NCBI GenBank assembly: GCA_041651455.1
Contig: JBAZJG010000005.1
Coordinates: 3,882 to 67,881 of the forward strand
Length of the DNA: 64,000 nucleotides
Direction: 5' to 3'
Source: Candidatus Omnitrophota bacterium
GTDB taxonomy: Bacteria > Omnitrophota > Gorgyraeia > Pluralincolimonadales > Pluralincolimonadaceae
Part shown: piece after piece, positions 62,893 through 64,000 of the stretch
Numbering within the stretch: the stretch's first letter is position 1
Layout of the letters: each line of letters starts with the position of its first letter
Notes under the pieces: model-generated
Told to the model about the DNA's origin: nothing
The model's database searches: none
Seen by the model: only the letters and a program-made list of their open reading frames with translations
Program-made: the position numbers and the translations under genes

Positions 62893-63778
62893 GCCCGTTC
62901 TTTTGAAAGAGGTTCTTGAGGCGCTTGAGCCCGCGCCGGGAAAGACGATAGTCGACTGCACGGTCGGCCTCGGAGGACATGCCGAGGCGATTGTTGCGGC
63001 GATATCGCCCGGAGGGCGGCTGGTCGGAATTGACAGGGACGCGCAGGCGCTTGAGATAGCGAAGGAGAGATTAGGGAGGCCCGGGGAGAGGGTAGACCTG
63101 ATCAAGGGAAGGTTTGACGAGCTCGACGCGATCTTTGAGAAGGCCGGGATAAAAGGGGCCGACGGTTTCCTGTTCGACCTCGGCGTATCCTCGATGCAGT
63201 TCGATGAGGCGGCCCGCGGGTTCAGTTTCCGCGCCGACGCCCCTCTCGATATGCGCATGGATACGGCTGCGGCAAAAGACGCCGCCGAGGTCGTCAATAC
63301 CGCGAGCGAGGCGGAGCTGGACCGCATACTCGACGAATACGGAGAGGAGAGGTTCCACCGGAGGATCGCCGCGGCGATAGTAGAGGAGAGGAAGAAGGCC
63401 CGGATAGAGACGACCGGAAGGCTTGTCGATATAATCGTGCACGCGATGCCTTATAAGATGAGGCACGGCAGGGTGCATGCGGCGACAAGGAGCTTCCAGG
63501 CGTTCAGGATAGCGGTGAACGACGAGCTGGGGGCGCTCGAAAGGGCGCTGGACCAGGCTATAGGGCTGCTGAACACGGCGGGTGTCATATGCGTGATATC
63601 CTACCACTCGCTGGAAGACAGGATAGTGAAGAACAAGTTCAGGGAAGCCAAGGCCCGAAAGATATTGGAATTGAAGAGCAAGAAGCCGGTGACGCCGACG
63701 GAGCAGGAGATAGGCGATAATCCGCGGGCACGCAGCGCAAAGATGCGCGCCGCAGCCAAAATGGCGGCAAGCGGCTAG
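62879..63778 (+). CDS. rsmH: 16S rRNA (cytosine1402-N4)-methyltransferase RsmH
   Basis: ..HKPVLLKEVLEAL..DCTVGLGGHAE..DLGVSSMQFD...SYHSLEDRIVK..NPRARSAKMR. The TTG start overlaps the mraZ 3' end. Confidence 0.9.
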   Translation: MTIHKPVLLKEVLEALEPAPGKTIVDCTVGLGGHAEAIVAAISPGGRLVGIDRDAQALEIAKERLGRPGERVDLIKGRFDELDAIFEKAGIKGADGFLFDLGVSSMQFDEAARGFSFRADAPLDMRMDTAAAKDAAEVVNTASEAELDRILDEYGEERFHRRIAAAIVEERKKARIETTGRLVDIIVHAMPYKMRHGRVHAATRSFQAFRIAVNDELGALERALDQAIGLLNTAGVICVISYHSLEDRIVKNKFREAKARKILELKSKKPVTPTEQEIGDNPRARSAKMRAAAKMAASG

Positions 63779-63798
63779 GACGCCGCAAAACGGCGTCC
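63778..63798 (+). other. Perfect 8-bp intercistronic hairpin between rsmH and ftsL
   Basis: GGACGCCG-CAAAA-CGGCGTCC overlaps the last base of the rsmH stop codon. No T-tract follows, so it is not a classical terminator. Confidence 0.4.
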
Positions 63799-63811
63799 AG
63801 ACAGGGGAGAG

Positions 63812-64000
63812 ATGAGAGTTTATAAGTTCCTTATAATGACGGTATCGGTCACGGCGGTTGCGCTGGTCTATGTGACGCAGCAGACCTCGCTGATACGCCT
63901 AAGCTACGACATAAAAGCCAAGGAGCAGGCCTACTCGGAGCTCCTTGACCGCAATAAGATACTGCTGTATAATGTGAGGCAGCTGGAATCCCCGGCGCGT
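63812..64000 (+). CDS. ftsL: Cell division protein FtsL-like, 3' end beyond the window
   Basis: ATG 63812 follows AGGGGAGAG. The translation MRVYKFLIMTVSVTAVALVYVTQQTSLIRLSYDIKAKEQAYSELLDRNKILLYNVRQLESPAR has one TM segment plus a coiled coil, in the conserved mraZ-rsmH-ftsL order. The frame is open to the window end and is not in the ORF track. Confidence 0.7.
   Translation, partial: MRVYKFLIMTVSVTAVALVYVTQQTSLIRLSYDIKAKEQAYSELLDRNKILLYNVRQLESPAR

Noticed and set aside
62293-63327. A 344-aa minus-strand ORF, plus a 103-aa plus-strand ORF (62331..62642), across the mraZ leader, mraZ and rsmH.
   Set aside because: They overlap the highly conserved mraZ and rsmH genes in antisense or off-frame. 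The leader part is better explained by operator repeats and RNA structure.
1-64000. A search of the whole window for CRISPR arrays, rRNA genes, IS elements or transposases, toxin-antitoxin pairs and restriction-modification or other defence cassettes.
   Set aside because: I saw no short regularly spaced identical repeats, no rRNA-like sequence, no DDE or serine/tyrosine recombinase motifs, and no small paired ORFs of TA type. Intergenic space is minimal outside the regions already described.

Overview
This is a dense chromosomal segment, almost entirely on the plus strand, from a moderately GC-rich diderm bacterium whose taxon I cannot assign by eye. Many genes are joined by 4-nt ATGA/GTGA stop-start overlaps. 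I support about 50 CDS, 2 tRNAs, one RNase P RNA, several sigma70-type promoters and a few intrinsic terminators. I saw no CRISPR array, transposase or integrase.

Layout:
- 0-6.6 kb: an exported-protein and pseudopilin cluster. It holds a 5'-truncated large protein, two paralogous secreted proteins, and a 1038-aa GspK-like pseudopilin carrying a zinc-finger insertion plus LamG-like and CBM-like domains.
- 6.8-35.7 kb: housekeeping genes. In order: EF-G paralogue, yebC-ruvCAB, spoIID-queA-tgt-yajC-secDF, a CDF transporter, recJ, rpmB, recG, rsmD, coaD, yceD-rpmF-plsX-fabHDG-acpP-fabF, then acyl-CoA dehydrogenase with etfB and a ferredoxin-fused etfA, a Cache-HAMP-GGDEF cyclase, and a 12 x 30-aa repeat protein.
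- 35.7-50.4 kb: the stand-out locus. A promoter drives a small HTH gene, then a 1269-aa TolC-family protein with about six OEP-type repeats (three TolC-protomer equivalents in one chain). That gene is ATGA-coupled to a 3075-aa envelope-spanning protein whose cytoplasmic core matches, block by block, the eukaryotic FKS1/callose-synthase (GT48) beta-1,3-glucan synthase signature. A convergent, apparently leaderless 459-aa gene overlaps its 3' end.
- 50.4-64 kb: cvpA, NIF3, dnaG, rpoD, a TAT-signal DUF362 protein with a polyferredoxin, a short GspE/PilB-type ATPase, tRNA(CAU), tRNA-Val(CAC), a COG1579 zinc-ribbon protein, rnhA, rnpB, PilZ, pilT, and the start of the dcw cluster (mraZ with an operator-like leader, rsmH, ftsL).

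All family assignments come from reading motifs by eye. No database search was run.
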